DNA of 62,981 bases, the filler included, from Octopus bimaculoides (taxonomy: Eukaryota), in assembly GCF_001194135.2 (NCBI RefSeq). It is 6 parts of 5 records of this genome, joined end to end, with 100 filler letters (N's around TTAATTAATTAA, not from the genome) between each part and the next. Parts side by side here need not be neighbours in the genome. Positions count along the whole stretch, not along the records: positions 1 to 9,074 come from NC_069006.1; positions 9,175 to 20,546 come from NC_068999.1; 4 more parts are not named here. The stretch is one strand, 5' to 3'. Each line of letters starts with the position of its first letter. The first letter of the stretch is position 1. The position numbers and the translations under genes are program-made. Below are positions 1 through 10,434 of the stretch, in pieces. The notes below the pieces were generated by a model, which was given only the letters and a program-made list of their open reading frames with translations, had not been told where the DNA came from and did no database searches.

Positions 1-1357
1 AAAAATCTGAAAATTCAGAAAAATTGTATTACATGGATATAAGAAGGGATGACCACTAAGTGGACATCCGATATGCTAGAAAGAGGTCATCAACGACCCA
101 ACCACAAGGAAAAAATAATTTTTTTTTGTAGGTTGAGAAAGATATGGGGAAGAAAGCACACAGACAGAGGAGTGGCATGGATTAACAGAGAGAGAGAGAG
201 AGAAAGAGAGAGATGGTGGAGCATAGTGAAGTAAAAAAAAAAGAGTGAGGCATTCATGGAAGTAGGGTGGTCCATGTAAAGCCAGAGATGTATAGAGATA
301 AAATCAAAGGTGGAGAGAGCAGACAGGAAAGGAAACTACAGAGGAAGAGATACAAAGAGGGTGAGAGGGATGTCTCTGCATGTGTGTGTGTGTGTGTATG
401 CACTCATACACGCACACACACATGCATACATGTGGGTGCAGCTGTGTTTGTGTGTGAGTGTGTGCTGTATTGTCCTGTAAGTTAGGTTTTTTTTAAAAAT
501 TATAATTCAATCTTAGACCTAACTCATGGGATAACCTCCTTTCAGTGCATGTGTGAATGTGTTAGTATTTGTGTGTGTGTAAGGGAGAGAGAGAGAGGAA
601 GAGGAGGGAAAAAGAGGAAGGGAGGGAGAGAGGGGGGAAAGAGAGAGAGAGAGAGAGAGATGGCAGCAAGGGGAGAAAGAGAGTTGGAAAAATAAGACAG
701 GGAGCTACACACACAAAAAAAAAAAAAAATCCCAACCCTTCAAAGGAAAATGAAAAAGCGGAGATGCAGCAGAATGACCACAAGATGAGCGTGTTAGGGG
801 TCAGAAGAAGATTCTCACAAAAGTAACAGCATGAGTGATAGGAAATGTGATCGCAGCAGGGGTGCTAGCAGCCAAGGAGCCCCTCATATCAGGTGTGGTT
901 TACAAGGTGAAGGTAACAAAAAAAACAAAAAAAAAAACAATCAGAACATCCTGTCTCTAGAATCTCCAGTGTTGTGGTTCACTTCATTGACATCCTGCTC
1001 CCTCCCACACTTTCAAAACAGTTGACTCCTTGAACCCTTGAGTCGTTCAGGATAGGCTTTACTCTGATATGATTTGAACCATGCTCAATGCTGAAATCCT
1101 GCATAAGCATGTCAAACAAAATATTTGTGTTGTTTAGTTTCAGTTTTTTTAACTCTGATGTAATGAGATTGAAGCTCGTGGAAAAGAAACAGCAAAGGAT
1201 TGCAGTAAGGGACATGACAGTGTAATACAGAAAACCCATGCAAACATGGAGAAATGGGAGTAAAAATGACGATGATGGTAATGTGGATGATGACAACAAT
1301 GACGATGATAATGAAAGTTTCTCTGGGTGTTTAATTAATCTCAGTGTTTCGTTTTAA

Positions 1358-1579
1358 CCCTTTAGTATTCAAACCGGCTGTATCCAGTTTAAATACTCTA
1401 CTTGTTTTATGTTAAAACCAACCAGGTCCAGCCTCTCACACCTGCCCTACAATGTCATAATAAAAATAAGCAATCCACATCATTGAAACCTCAGTGCCAC
1501 AAGATAATGCATGATTAATTCAAAACAACGTGAATAAATAAACATTACATTTGATAAGAATAATCTGAATTCTAAGGGG
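1358..1579. mobile_element. piggyBac-like MITE (TTAA-flanked, CCCTT-type termini), family 1
   Basis: TTAA at 1354-1357 and 1580-1583. Left end CCCTTTAGTATTCA and right end TGAATTCTAAGGGG are imperfect inverted repeats. No ORF. Confidence 0.8.
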
Positions 1580-1583
1580 TTAA

Positions 1584-1769
1584 GCCAGCCATATCCCATC
1601 CAAATATCTGATCCTTCCTTACATTCAAACCAGCCAGATTTGGCCTCTCACACCTACCCTATACGAATAATCACATCATTGAAATCTCAGAGCAACAAGA
1701 TGACGCTGGATTAATTCAAAACAATCTGAATAAATTAGCATTACATTTGCCAGAATGCTAAAGAATTAA
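1584..1769. mobile_element. Second, more diverged copy of MITE family 1, lacking its left terminus
   Basis: Shares internal motifs with 1358-1579 (GCCTCTCACACCT, CACATCATTGAAA, GATTAATTCAAAACAA, CATTACATTTG) and ends GAATGCTAAAGAATTAA. Confidence 0.7.
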
Positions 1770-3501
1770 ACGAACCATATCTNNNNNNNNNNNNNNNNNN
1801 NNNNNNNNNNNNNNNNNNNNNNNNNNNNNNNNNNNNNNNNNNNNNNNNNNNNNNNNNNNNNNNNNNNNNNNNNNNNNNNNNNNNNNNNNNNNNNNNNNNN
1901 NNNNNNNNNNNNNNNNNNNNNNNNNNNNNNNNNNNNNNNNNNNNNNNNNNNNNNNNNNNNNNNNNNNNNNNNNNNNNNNNNNNNNNNNNNNNNNNNNNNN
2001 NNNNNNNNNNNNNNNNNNNNNNNNNNNNNNNNNNNNNNNNNNNNNNNNNNNNNNNNNNNNNNNNNNNNNNNNNNNNNNNNNNNNNNNNNNNNNNNNNNNN
2101 NNNNNNNNNNNNNNNNNNNNNNNNNNNNNNNNNNNNNNNNNNNNNNNNNNNNNNNNNNNNNNNNNNNNNNNNNNNNNNNNNNNNNNNNNNNNNNNNNNNN
2201 NNNNNNNNNNNNNNNNNNNNNNNNNNNNNNNNNNNNNNNNNNNNNNNNNNNNNNNNNNNNNNNNNNNNNNNNNNNNNNNNNNNNNNNNNNNNNNNNNNNN
2301 NNNNNNNNNNNNNNNNNNNNNNNNNNNNNNNNNNNNNNNNNNNNNNNNNNNNNNNNNNNNNNNNNNNNNNNNNNNNNNNNNNNNNNNNNNNNNNNNNNNN
2401 NNNNNNNNNNNNNNNNNNNNNNNNNNNNNNNNNNNNNNNNNNNNNNNNNNNNNNNNNNNNNNNNNNNNNNNNNNNNNNNNNNNNNNNNNNNNNNNNNNNN
2501 NNNNNNNNNNNNNNNNNNNNNNNNNNNNNNNNNNNNNNNNNNNNNNNNNNNNNNNNNNNNNNNNNNNNNNNNNNNNNNNNNNNNNNNNNNNNNNNNNNNN
2601 NNNNNNNNNNNNNNNNNNNNNNNNNNNNNNNNNNNNNNNNNNNNTGTGTGTGTGTGTGTGTGTTTGTTTGTTTGTCTTTTTGATGTAATTTCATTTTATT
2701 TGGTCAAGTGGCCCTTCCTTACAAAAATAAATATATAAATAAAAAGCACTTGAAACTGACCAACTGGTAGCCAATTAAGAAAAGATAGCTGTGGCAGGAG
2801 ATAGACCAAAATACACACACACACATACATACATACATGCATATACGCATACACACACATCCATTCATTTCCTCACCTGCACACACACGCGCGTATACTC
2901 TCTTTCTCTCAGACATTTGACTTCCAGACGCATATACACACTCATTCTTACTATATACCTACGCCCCCCCCCACGCTTTCTCTCTCTCCCTTTTTATACA
3001 CATAATCACTCATACAAATAAACATACACGCAGTTTCTCTCACACATGCATGCACACACACACTCTTCTTATACATTCACTCTCTCACACACACACTGAC
3101 TCTCTCTCTCTCTCTCTCACACATAGACGGTTTCTCACAAACACACTCTCTCACTCACAAAACCACGTACACACAGTTTCTCTCATACATGCATGCATAT
3201 ACACATACTCTCTGTCACATACACACAAACACACTCTCTCACATACACAGACTGTTTCTCACACACACTCAGTGCTCATGCACCGATGAGTTTAGATAAT
3301 GCAATATGTAGACAATTAGTGTTCAAATATGATTTGTTTTTAATGAAAACCAACTTAATGACGATGACCACCACCACCACCACCACAGCCACAAACCACC
3401 ATAGCCACTGTAACAATTATACTCCCACCACTATCAGCAGCAGCAACACCACCACCACCGTCATCACCACTATACCCATCACTACCGCTACCAGGATAAA
3501 T

Positions 3502-3916
3502 GCTCTTTTCTACTCAGGGCCCGAAATTTTTGGGGAAGGGGTGGAGTAGTCGATTAGATCGACCCCAGTGCGTAACTGGTACTTAATCTATCGACCCCGC
3601 AAGGATGAAAGGCAAAGTCAACCTCGGCGGAATTTGAACTCAGAACGTAAAGACAGACGAAATACCGCTAAGCATTTCGCCCGGCGTGCTGACGTTTCTT
3701 ATTTCTTTATTGCCCACAAGAGGCTAAACATAGACAGACAAAGGGATTAAGTCGACTACATCGATCCCAGTGCGTAACTGGTACTTAATTTGTCGACCCC
3801 GAATGAATGAAAGGCAAAGTCGACCTCGGCGGAATTTGAACTCAGAACATAACGGCAGACGAAATACCGCTAAGCATTTCGCCCGGCATGCTAACGTCTC
3901 TGCCAGCTCACCGCCT
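3502..3916 (-). mobile_element. Tandem pair of tRNA-derived SINEs (family A, two different 3' tails)
   Basis: Two copies of the core CGACCCCAGTGCGTAACTGGTACTTAAT...GGATGAAAGGCAAAGTC..CCTCGGCGGAATTTGAACTCAGAAC. Minus strand carries A-box-like TGGCAGA..CGTTAG and B-box-like GAGTTCAAATTC. Confidence 0.85.
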
Positions 3917-4087
3917 CACCACCATGATAAATACTATATTAGCCATCACCATCACCATCAACGGGATGTGTGATTTCTTTAGTAGCATTATTATTGTTAT
4001 TTTTCTGTTTGTTTTAATATCATCATTTATTTATTTTTTTCCTGCAAATTTCGGTCGGAGGCTGAGACTTCCTCCTTGCCGTCTTAC

Positions 4088-4135
4088 TTTGCGAAGTATC
4101 AAGTCTGCAGTCACTTCCTCTTTCAGTTCTGGTAA
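4088..4135 (-). CDS. Candidate 48-nt exon (LPELKEEVTADLILRK in phase 0), unidentified gene
   Basis: T-rich tract + AG acceptor and AAA|GTAAGA donor. Open in two frames. No protein family recognised. Confidence 0.3.
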
Positions 4136-4689
4136 CTTTAAACCCAAACAAACTAACCAACAAACAAACACAGAGAGAAAAAATACATAAATAAGTAAAT
4201 AAATAAATAAAACAAAAAATATTTTTTGAATAAAGCCCTACCGACCACATCCTACACCCTCCACTATCACTGCCCGACCCAGACCATCGGCGACAGCAGC
4301 AGCAGCAGTAGTCTCTAGAACCGCTCTTTCTTCTCCCCAAGTTCCTGTCATCCCCCTTTTGATGGCATATTCTGTAACGTGTAATGTACCCAGTCGTCTG
4401 CTCGTTGTATTTCGTTTTGCCATAGACAGCTTTTGATGTGCCCCGTCTCCCAAGCGACTCTTGCACTTCTCTTCAATTTACTGAGCATTGAAAACTACTT
4501 CAAATGACACAATATTTTCTTCTATCCATCCTTCTTTTTCTTTCTTTCTTTCTTTCTCTCTTTCTCTCTCTCTCCCTCCTTCTCCTCCTCCCTCCCTTCC
4601 TTCCCTTCATTCATTCGTGGTTCAAACCTAAGATGACCTAGTTTTTTTCCTCTTGGATTCTGGTTTACATCTTCAACACCTACTTGTTA

Positions 4690-4895
4690 GTCTTAGACTG
4701 CGGCCATGCTGGGGCACCATCTTGAAAACATTTTAGTCCAATGAATCACACCTGGCACTTATTTTCATTCAAAGGTTGATACTTATTCTACCGGTATCTT
4801 TTGCTGAACCACTAAGTTACAGGGATGTAAACACACCAACACCGGTTGTCAAGCAGTGGAAGTGGAGTATAAACACAGACACAGAGGCACACACA
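4690..4895 (-). mobile_element. 3' half of a microsatellite-containing SINE (family B tail)
   Basis: GACTGCGGCCATGCTGGGGCACC...CTAAGTTACAGGGATGTAAACACACCAACACCGGTTGTCAAGC. Homologous to 29175-29385 and 59222-59390. Confidence 0.75.
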
Positions 4896-5204
4896 CATAT
4901 ATGTTGTTGATGTTGAAATTCCAATGAAGGAGCCTTGGATCTAGGTTAGAAACTGGTTCTTTCTCTATTGGCAAGAAATCTTCAAATAAAACTGAACAAT
5001 GATATATATACACATATACATACATATAAAAGATATATTAGAAGACATAAAAACAAAGCATATCATAGATAGAGACAATAAATGCTCAGATTGGACCAAG
5101 TACCTAAACTCCAGTGGATGACCAAGATGTCTTACTTGCCGCTTCTTGCTCTCTGCATTCCAAAGTACTTCGCATATATGTATTTTTTAAATTTTTAATA
5201 TATA

Positions 5205-5391
5205 TATATTACGGAGATGTACTTGCATAGTAAGTGACCTGATCTGAGATCGTTTGCTGAAGCGAAAACAATTGCAGCGTAGGAAGGTGTTTATAAAACC
5301 GTTAAATTCACTTCAACATTTAAATTTAATTTGTTAAAATATTTTCGTCGCTTTGAAACCGCGACCTGTTCACTGACAAAATTCCGTGCTG
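5205..5391 (-). mobile_element. Probable solo Penelope-like pseudo-LTR carrying a variant hammerhead motif
   Basis: Short unit bounded by TA-rich tracts. Contains the hammerhead-like fold at 5328-5383. PLE assignment is inferred from the known PLE-hammerhead association. Confidence 0.45.
5328..5383 (-). ncRNA. Minimal type I hammerhead-like ribozyme with G3-C8 core variant
   Basis: Minus strand reads TTTGTCA-GTGAACA-G-GTCGC(GGTTTCAAA)GCGAC-GAA-AATATT-T-TAACAAA. Stem I has 6 of 7 pairs, stem II is a perfect 5 bp, stem III is the palindrome AATATT. Confidence 0.6.
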
Positions 5392-5566
5392 TATATATAT
5401 CATATACATATATAATTATATAGTATATAATATATATACTATATATAGGATATCATATAGATGCAACACACACACATTCCATTCTACTAACACCATAGTC
5501 TTTATGTAAGGGAGAGAACTCGATGAATTCTTAAGAATTACGTAAGCACGGTTTATCTCCCCTTAC

Positions 5567-5708
5567 AGCATTGACATCACGCCTTCTGAATATAGCTTTT
5601 TTCTCCTCAGAGCGGGCAGATTGACGGAGTATAATAACGCCTACTGGCCACTCTTGAAGACTTCCTTCCTGGCTCAGAAGCACCATGGTTTCAATGAAGC
5701 TCAATCGC
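5567..5708 (-). CDS. Candidate exon (RLSFIETMVLLSQEGSLQEWPVGVIILRQSARSEEKKAIFRRRDVNA), unidentified gene
   Basis: Acceptor CATTCTATTTCGTTTTCAG and donor GCT|GTAAGG. One open frame ending in phase 0, compatible with the 4088-4135 candidate. Confidence 0.35.
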
Positions 5709-5897
5709 CTGAAAACGAAATAGAATGATCGAAAGTTGTCTTAAATTCAATGGAGTTAGAGGATCGATCCAATCATCTGTAAATGTGGAGAAGCAGAACG
5801 GATACTATGGAGCAGTGGCTTGTCTGCCCTCTACTATCCAAGTGCTGAAACTAAAAAGGTTGTGGCAAGTTCAATAAAAATGCAAAGAACTGTGTAA

Positions 5898-6320
5898 ATA
5901 TAATATAATATAATATAATAAAATATAATATAATAAATATAACAATAAAATATAATATAATAAAATATAATATAATAAGATATAATATAATAAATTTAAC
6001 ATAATAAAATATATAATATAATAAATATAACAATAAAATATAATATAAAAAATATAACATAATATAATATAATATAATATAATATAATATAATGAAACAT
6101 AATATAATTAATAAATATAACATAATAAAATATAATATAATAAAATATAATATAAGATATAATATAATAAATTTAACATAATAAAATATATCATATAATA
6201 TAATAAATATAACAATAAAATATAATATAAAAAATATAACATAATATAATATAATATATAATATAATATAATATAATATAATATATAATATAATATAATA
6301 TAATATATAATATATATATA
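5898..6320. repeat. AT-only (ATAAT/AATAT)n minisatellite with an internal higher-order duplication
   Basis: Almost pure A/T. Variant motifs such as AAGATATAATATAATAAATTTAACATAATAAAAT recur about 180-190 bp apart. Confidence 0.85.
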
Positions 6321-6321
6321 C

Positions 6322-6408
6322 CTGGTTTCTTTGAGTGACGTTGTTTGGGGCTGGACATTGCTGATTCGGCTTCTGCTTGACTTCTGTTGTTGGGCCGGAG
6401 GCTGATGT
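6322..6408 (-). CDS. Candidate 87-nt exon, unidentified gene
   Basis: CTACCTCTGTCACAG acceptor and CAG|GTATAT donor. GC-rich relative to flanks. All three frames are open. Confidence 0.25.
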
Positions 6409-7091
6409 CTGTGACAGAGGTAGCGTTCGTCACTAGTAGCCATTGTCATCTCGATTCAACCACCCTGAGAGTGTAATGGGTGCTTTTACATGCCACCGGC
6501 ACAGGTGCCATTTCTGTGACACCGGTATCTGCCGTGACTATGATTTTGCTTGGCTTGATGGGTCTTCTTCTCAAGGATGAAATAATGCCAAAGGTGTTGG
6601 TTGAGGCGCAACACTCAAAAGGAGCTTGGCCCCTTTGCCTCTATGAGGTCCAATGCTCGAAAGGAACAGCCACCTCGCTCCCTGTGATAAACCATTCTCT
6701 AATATAAATGTCTTACTTACAAACATTCATGCAGGAGAAAAGCCATAGCACTGCGATACCTGTGATAAATCATCCTCTCACACAGGTACCTTAACTACAC
6801 ACAAACTTACTCATACACAGTGAAAGGACATATCTCTGATTTCTATGGTAATTCATTATGTGGAAGTGGTGACTTAACAGCTGAAATTCATACTGAAGAA
6901 AAACCACATCACTGATTGATATCTGTGGTAAATTGTTAACTCGGAACAAATGGCTTAACTACACACACATACAAGAGAGAAGCTGTTTAACTGATATCTG
7001 TGCTAAATCATTAACCTCAATGATGTCACTTAAGGTCACATGCCAGTGTCAATTTTAAAATTCATTCTATGGCAACAAAAATAAAATCATA

Positions 7092-7280
7092 TCATTTAAC
7101 GTCCATTTTCCATGCTGGCATGGGTTGGATAGTTTGACAGGAGCTGGTAAGGCTGGGCTCCATTGTCTTCTGGCATGGCTTTTACAGCTGGATGCCCTTC
7201 CTAATGCCAACCACTTTCCGAGTGCTTTTAATGTGGCACCAGAACTAATGCCCTTTGTATGGCACCAGCACTACTAGTGT
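7092..7280 (-). mobile_element. RTE-type LINE 3' tail or RTE-dependent non-autonomous repeat
   Basis: CATTTAACGTCCATTTTCCATGCTGGCATGGGTTGGA...GCTGGATGCCCTTCCTAATGCCAACC resembles RTE-clade 3' UTRs. A related piece lies at about 6455-6560. Confidence 0.6.
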
Positions 7281-7450
7281 TGTATTCATACAGGAAAGAA
7301 GACACAGCAGTGTGATAACAACTTTCCAACACTATATTTCATATCAACACATCCATACTAACATTAGTGAAATAACTTACCATTTTGATATTTTTTGTGA
7401 AACCATTATATCATCATCATCATCAGCAGCAGCATTGTTTCAATGTTCAC

Positions 7451-7868
7451 TGGTAGAATCGTTAGTCGGCCGGACGAAATGTTTAGCGGAATTTCGTCTG
7501 TCTTCAAGTTCTGAGTTCAAATTCTGCTGAGGTCAACTTTGCCTTTCATCCTTTCGGGGTTGATAAATTAAGTAACAGTTGCATACTGTGGTCGATCTAA
7601 TTGACTGGTCCCCTTCCTAAAAATTTCAGGCCTTGTGCCTAGAGTAGAAAGGATTATTATTATTGCTGGCAGAATCGTTAGCACGCCAGCTGAAATACTT
7701 AGCAGTATTTCTCCTGTCTTTACGTTCAAATTCTACTGAGGTTAACTTTGCCTTTCATCCTTTCGGGGGTCGATAAATTAAGTACCAGTTGTGTACTGCG
7801 GTCGATCTAATCGACTAGCTCCCTCCCACAAAATTTCGGGCCTTGTGCCTAGAGCAGAAAAGAGTATT
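7451..7868 (+). mobile_element. Tandem pair of family A tRNA-derived SINEs
   Basis: Two heads (GGTAGAATCGTTAG at 7451; GCTGGCAGAATCGTTAGCACG at about 7665). Each has the core GATAAATTAAGTA.CAGTT and a GGCCTTGTGCCTAGAG.AGAAA tail. Confidence 0.85.
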
Positions 7869-8176
7869 CACTTTTCCCATGCTTGGATGGATCAGGTAAG
7901 AACTCACTCAGGTAGATTTTCTACTGCCAGATACTGTAACTGTTGTCAACCCTGACCTTTTTCCAAGCAAAGTAATACCTCATGACCAGGACATGTCTTC
8001 ATCAAAGACTGGACACAGACAACACTGCTTGTTAGACAGTGATGCTCATTTACATCTCTAGTACAATATCAAGACAAGGGACTCAAACACATACAGCCTC
8101 TATACATGCATACATATATTCAAACACACTGTACACACTATGGACTTCTTTTCAGTTTCCACTCTTAGGGCTTTAA

Positions 8177-8387
8177 CCCTTTTGTTACCATATTTCTGTT
8201 GTTGAGATGCTTTGTGTTTCTTTCAATTCATTTTAAACATAACAAAGAATTTAGTAAAATAACTTAGTTATCATTAAGCTAGTGTTAGGAACATGAATTG
8301 TGACTAAGGTTTGGTGGAAGATTTTAATTCAGAACTTTTAAAAACATTTGTACTACAGAGCCAGAGCCGGTTTCGGTATCAAAAGTG
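8177..8387. mobile_element. piggyBac-like MITE, family 2 (TTAA-flanked)
   Basis: TTAA at 8173-8176 and 8388-8391. Ends CCCTTTTGTTACC and GGTATCAAAAGTG are imperfect inverted repeats. Confidence 0.75.
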
Positions 8388-8404
8388 TTAATTTGCAGAG
8401 TTTG

Positions 8405-8565
8405 TTTCATCAGGTGTCTTGGGGAAATTTCGAACCTGAGTTCTCATTCCTAAAGTATCTTTCAATGTCATTATTATCATTCAGGTCACTGCCCAGAATT
8501 GAACTCGGAATCTTGGGGGTTAGTAGCCCGCGCTCTTAACCACTACGCCATATGCCCGTGGGCAT
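8405..8565 (-). mobile_element. tRNA-Arg-head/hammerhead unit, truncated within the ribozyme core
   Basis: Minus strand: ATGCCCACGGGCATATGGCGTAGTGGTTAAGAGCGCGGGCTACTAA...AAATTTCCCCAAGACACCTGATGAA, after which homology ends. Confidence 0.8.
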
Positions 8566-8754
8566 ATTTTAGTTTGTTTTATGGCCACAAAACGAAAGAA
8601 TATCGTTTATCATCAATACAGTTATTATAATCTGCATAGCTGAAAATCTATCTCTATCAAATTTCCCTTAAAAAAATGTTCATTAATAAGAGAGTTACCA
8701 AAGAAAAAAAGCCGGGACCTTAAACTGTAGTTATGACATCTTTGTATTTCTTTT

Positions 8755-8898
8755 TATTATAGGCACAAGGCCTTTCGGGGGAGGGGTAAGTCGATTATAT
8801 CAACCCCGAAAGGATGAAAGGCGAAGTCGACCTTGGCGGAGTTTGAACTCAGAACATAAAAACGGACGAAATGCCGGTAAGCATTTCATCCGGCGTAT
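8755..8898 (-). mobile_element. Family A SINE, internally deleted; further fragments to about 9074
   Basis: GGCACAAGGCC tail and the CCGAAAGGATGAAAGGCGAAGTCGACCTTGGCGGAGTTTGAACTCAGAAC core. Confidence 0.75.
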
Positions 8899-9174
8899 AG
8901 ACAAAGTGTGGTGGATTGACGATATGGTTAGAGCACAGGGGACGGACTGGTTTGTTTACTCAAACTTCATTCAACGAGTTCTGAGTTCGAATTCGGTAAA
9001 TTGAGGCCTGAAGTTTTTTGAGGAGGAGGGGACCAGTCGATTAGCTCGACCTCAGGACGCAACCGGTATTTAATNNNNNNNNNNNNNNNNNNNNNNNNNN
9101 NNNNNNNNNNNNNNNNNNTTAATTAATTAANNNNNNNNNNNNNNNNNNNNNNNNNNNNNNNNNNNNNNNNNNNN

Positions 9175-9525
9175 GTTTTGCGCATTTTTCAATATGATCA
9201 CTAAAAGGTATCATTCGGTATTCTGGGTGTGCAATCTGCTGGCTGTGCAGAGTGCATCTACGTCTGAGCGATAACCCTGTAGACCCTATGTAGTTCTCGT
9301 GGCAGCCCGAACATCTTATTACATAAATAAGATTTTCTGAGGCACAAGTAAAGTTAGATTTAACTTTGAATTTGTGTCCCTCTTTGAAGAGGAATTCTGA
9401 ACGTTCTAGAATGTTTGGGCATGTTGCACAATTTGGTCGACCACATTTGTTTACTTTCACATCTGTTGTTTCGGAAAGTAATTTTGCCTTTGTGAGGATC
9501 TTTTTCAGTGATTTTGGTTGTTTGT
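9175..9525 (-). mobile_element. Penelope-like element fragment: Cys-rich linker + GIY-YIG endonuclease (Neptune-type architecture)
   Basis: Translation KCGRPNCATC...NFTCASENLIYVIRCSGCHENYIGSTG..RCTLH..I...DHIEKC shows the GIY-YIG signature (LIY...YIG) with CCHH residues and a CX4CX2C linker. Confidence 0.85.
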
Positions 9526-9771
9526 GGCTTTTGATGATTTTGTGCACACACACACAAAATCATCAAAAGCCTTCAAAGAGGGACACAAATTCATTGTATT
9601 TCTCAAAATACAATGTTTATATACCAAAAAGATTTTATAACATTTTTCTAACATTTTTTTTACATTTTTCTGACATAATTTAAATATATACTTTAACCAT
9701 GTAACACAAGCCTTCTGTAGTTTTTTCACTCTTATTATCTTTTATATATATATATATATATATACATATAT

Positions 9772-9938
9772 ACGACGGGCTTCTTTCAGTTTTTCCGTCT
9801 ACCAAATCCAGTCACAAGGCTTTAGTCGGCCCGAAGCTAGAGTAGAAGACATTTGCCCAAGATGCCACGCAGTGGGACTGAACCCGGAACCATGTGGCTG
9901 ATAGCCAAGCTACTTACCACACAGCGACTCCTGCGCCT
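9772..9938 (-). mobile_element. tRNA-derived SINE 5' half (family B head)
   Basis: ACGACGGGCTTCTTTCAG...GCCCAAGATGCCACGCAGTGGGACTGAACCCGGAACCATGTGG; GGTTCAGTCC is B-box-like on the minus strand. Homologous to 59400-59566. Confidence 0.8.
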
Positions 9939-9966
9939 CCTGTGGTTGTTGTTGCTGTTGTTGTTG

Positions 9967-9998
<32 letters not shown>

Positions 9999-10318
9999 GG
10001 TGGTAGTGTCGGTAGTTTAGTATTAACGTAAGAGCAGTGCAAATCGAGCTCTCGTGTAACCAATACCGCTCCTGTATATACAAGCTCGTCTTTCTGCGTG
10101 TGGACGAGTATATTTGGTAGAATGAAGTTGAAAGAAGCCTATTGTAAATATATATGCGAGTGTGTGTTGCTGTGGGAGTCTGTATGTGTTTGTGAATGTG
10201 TGTGTGTATGTGTTCGTGTGTGTGCGGCGTAATCAAAGCGTAAGTTAATCCAATGTACGTAACTCCAAGAATTAGATACTCCAATTGATCGTCGGAAGGA
10301 CGTTTAGAAATGTGTGTA

Positions 10319-10349
<31 letters not shown>

Positions 10350-10388
10350 CAGAGACAGAGAGAGAGANNNNNNNNNNAGAGAGAGAGG

Positions 10389-10434
<46 letters not shown>

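Noticed and set aside
1741-2694. Long ORFs made of X (also 17931-18719, 21355-22467, 31334-31666, 34296-35243, 54191-54771)
   Set aside because: They run through N gaps.
4238-4480. Purine-rich minus-strand ORFs (147 aa and 71 aa) as an exon
   Set aside because: In-frame stops lie immediately upstream, there is no good acceptor in those frames, and no family was recognised.
9119-9130. TTAATTAATTAA flanked by N runs (also at about 20591, 30732, 53173 and 57767)
   Set aside because: An identical 12-mer centred in gaps, with stops in all six frames: an assembly spacer, not biology.
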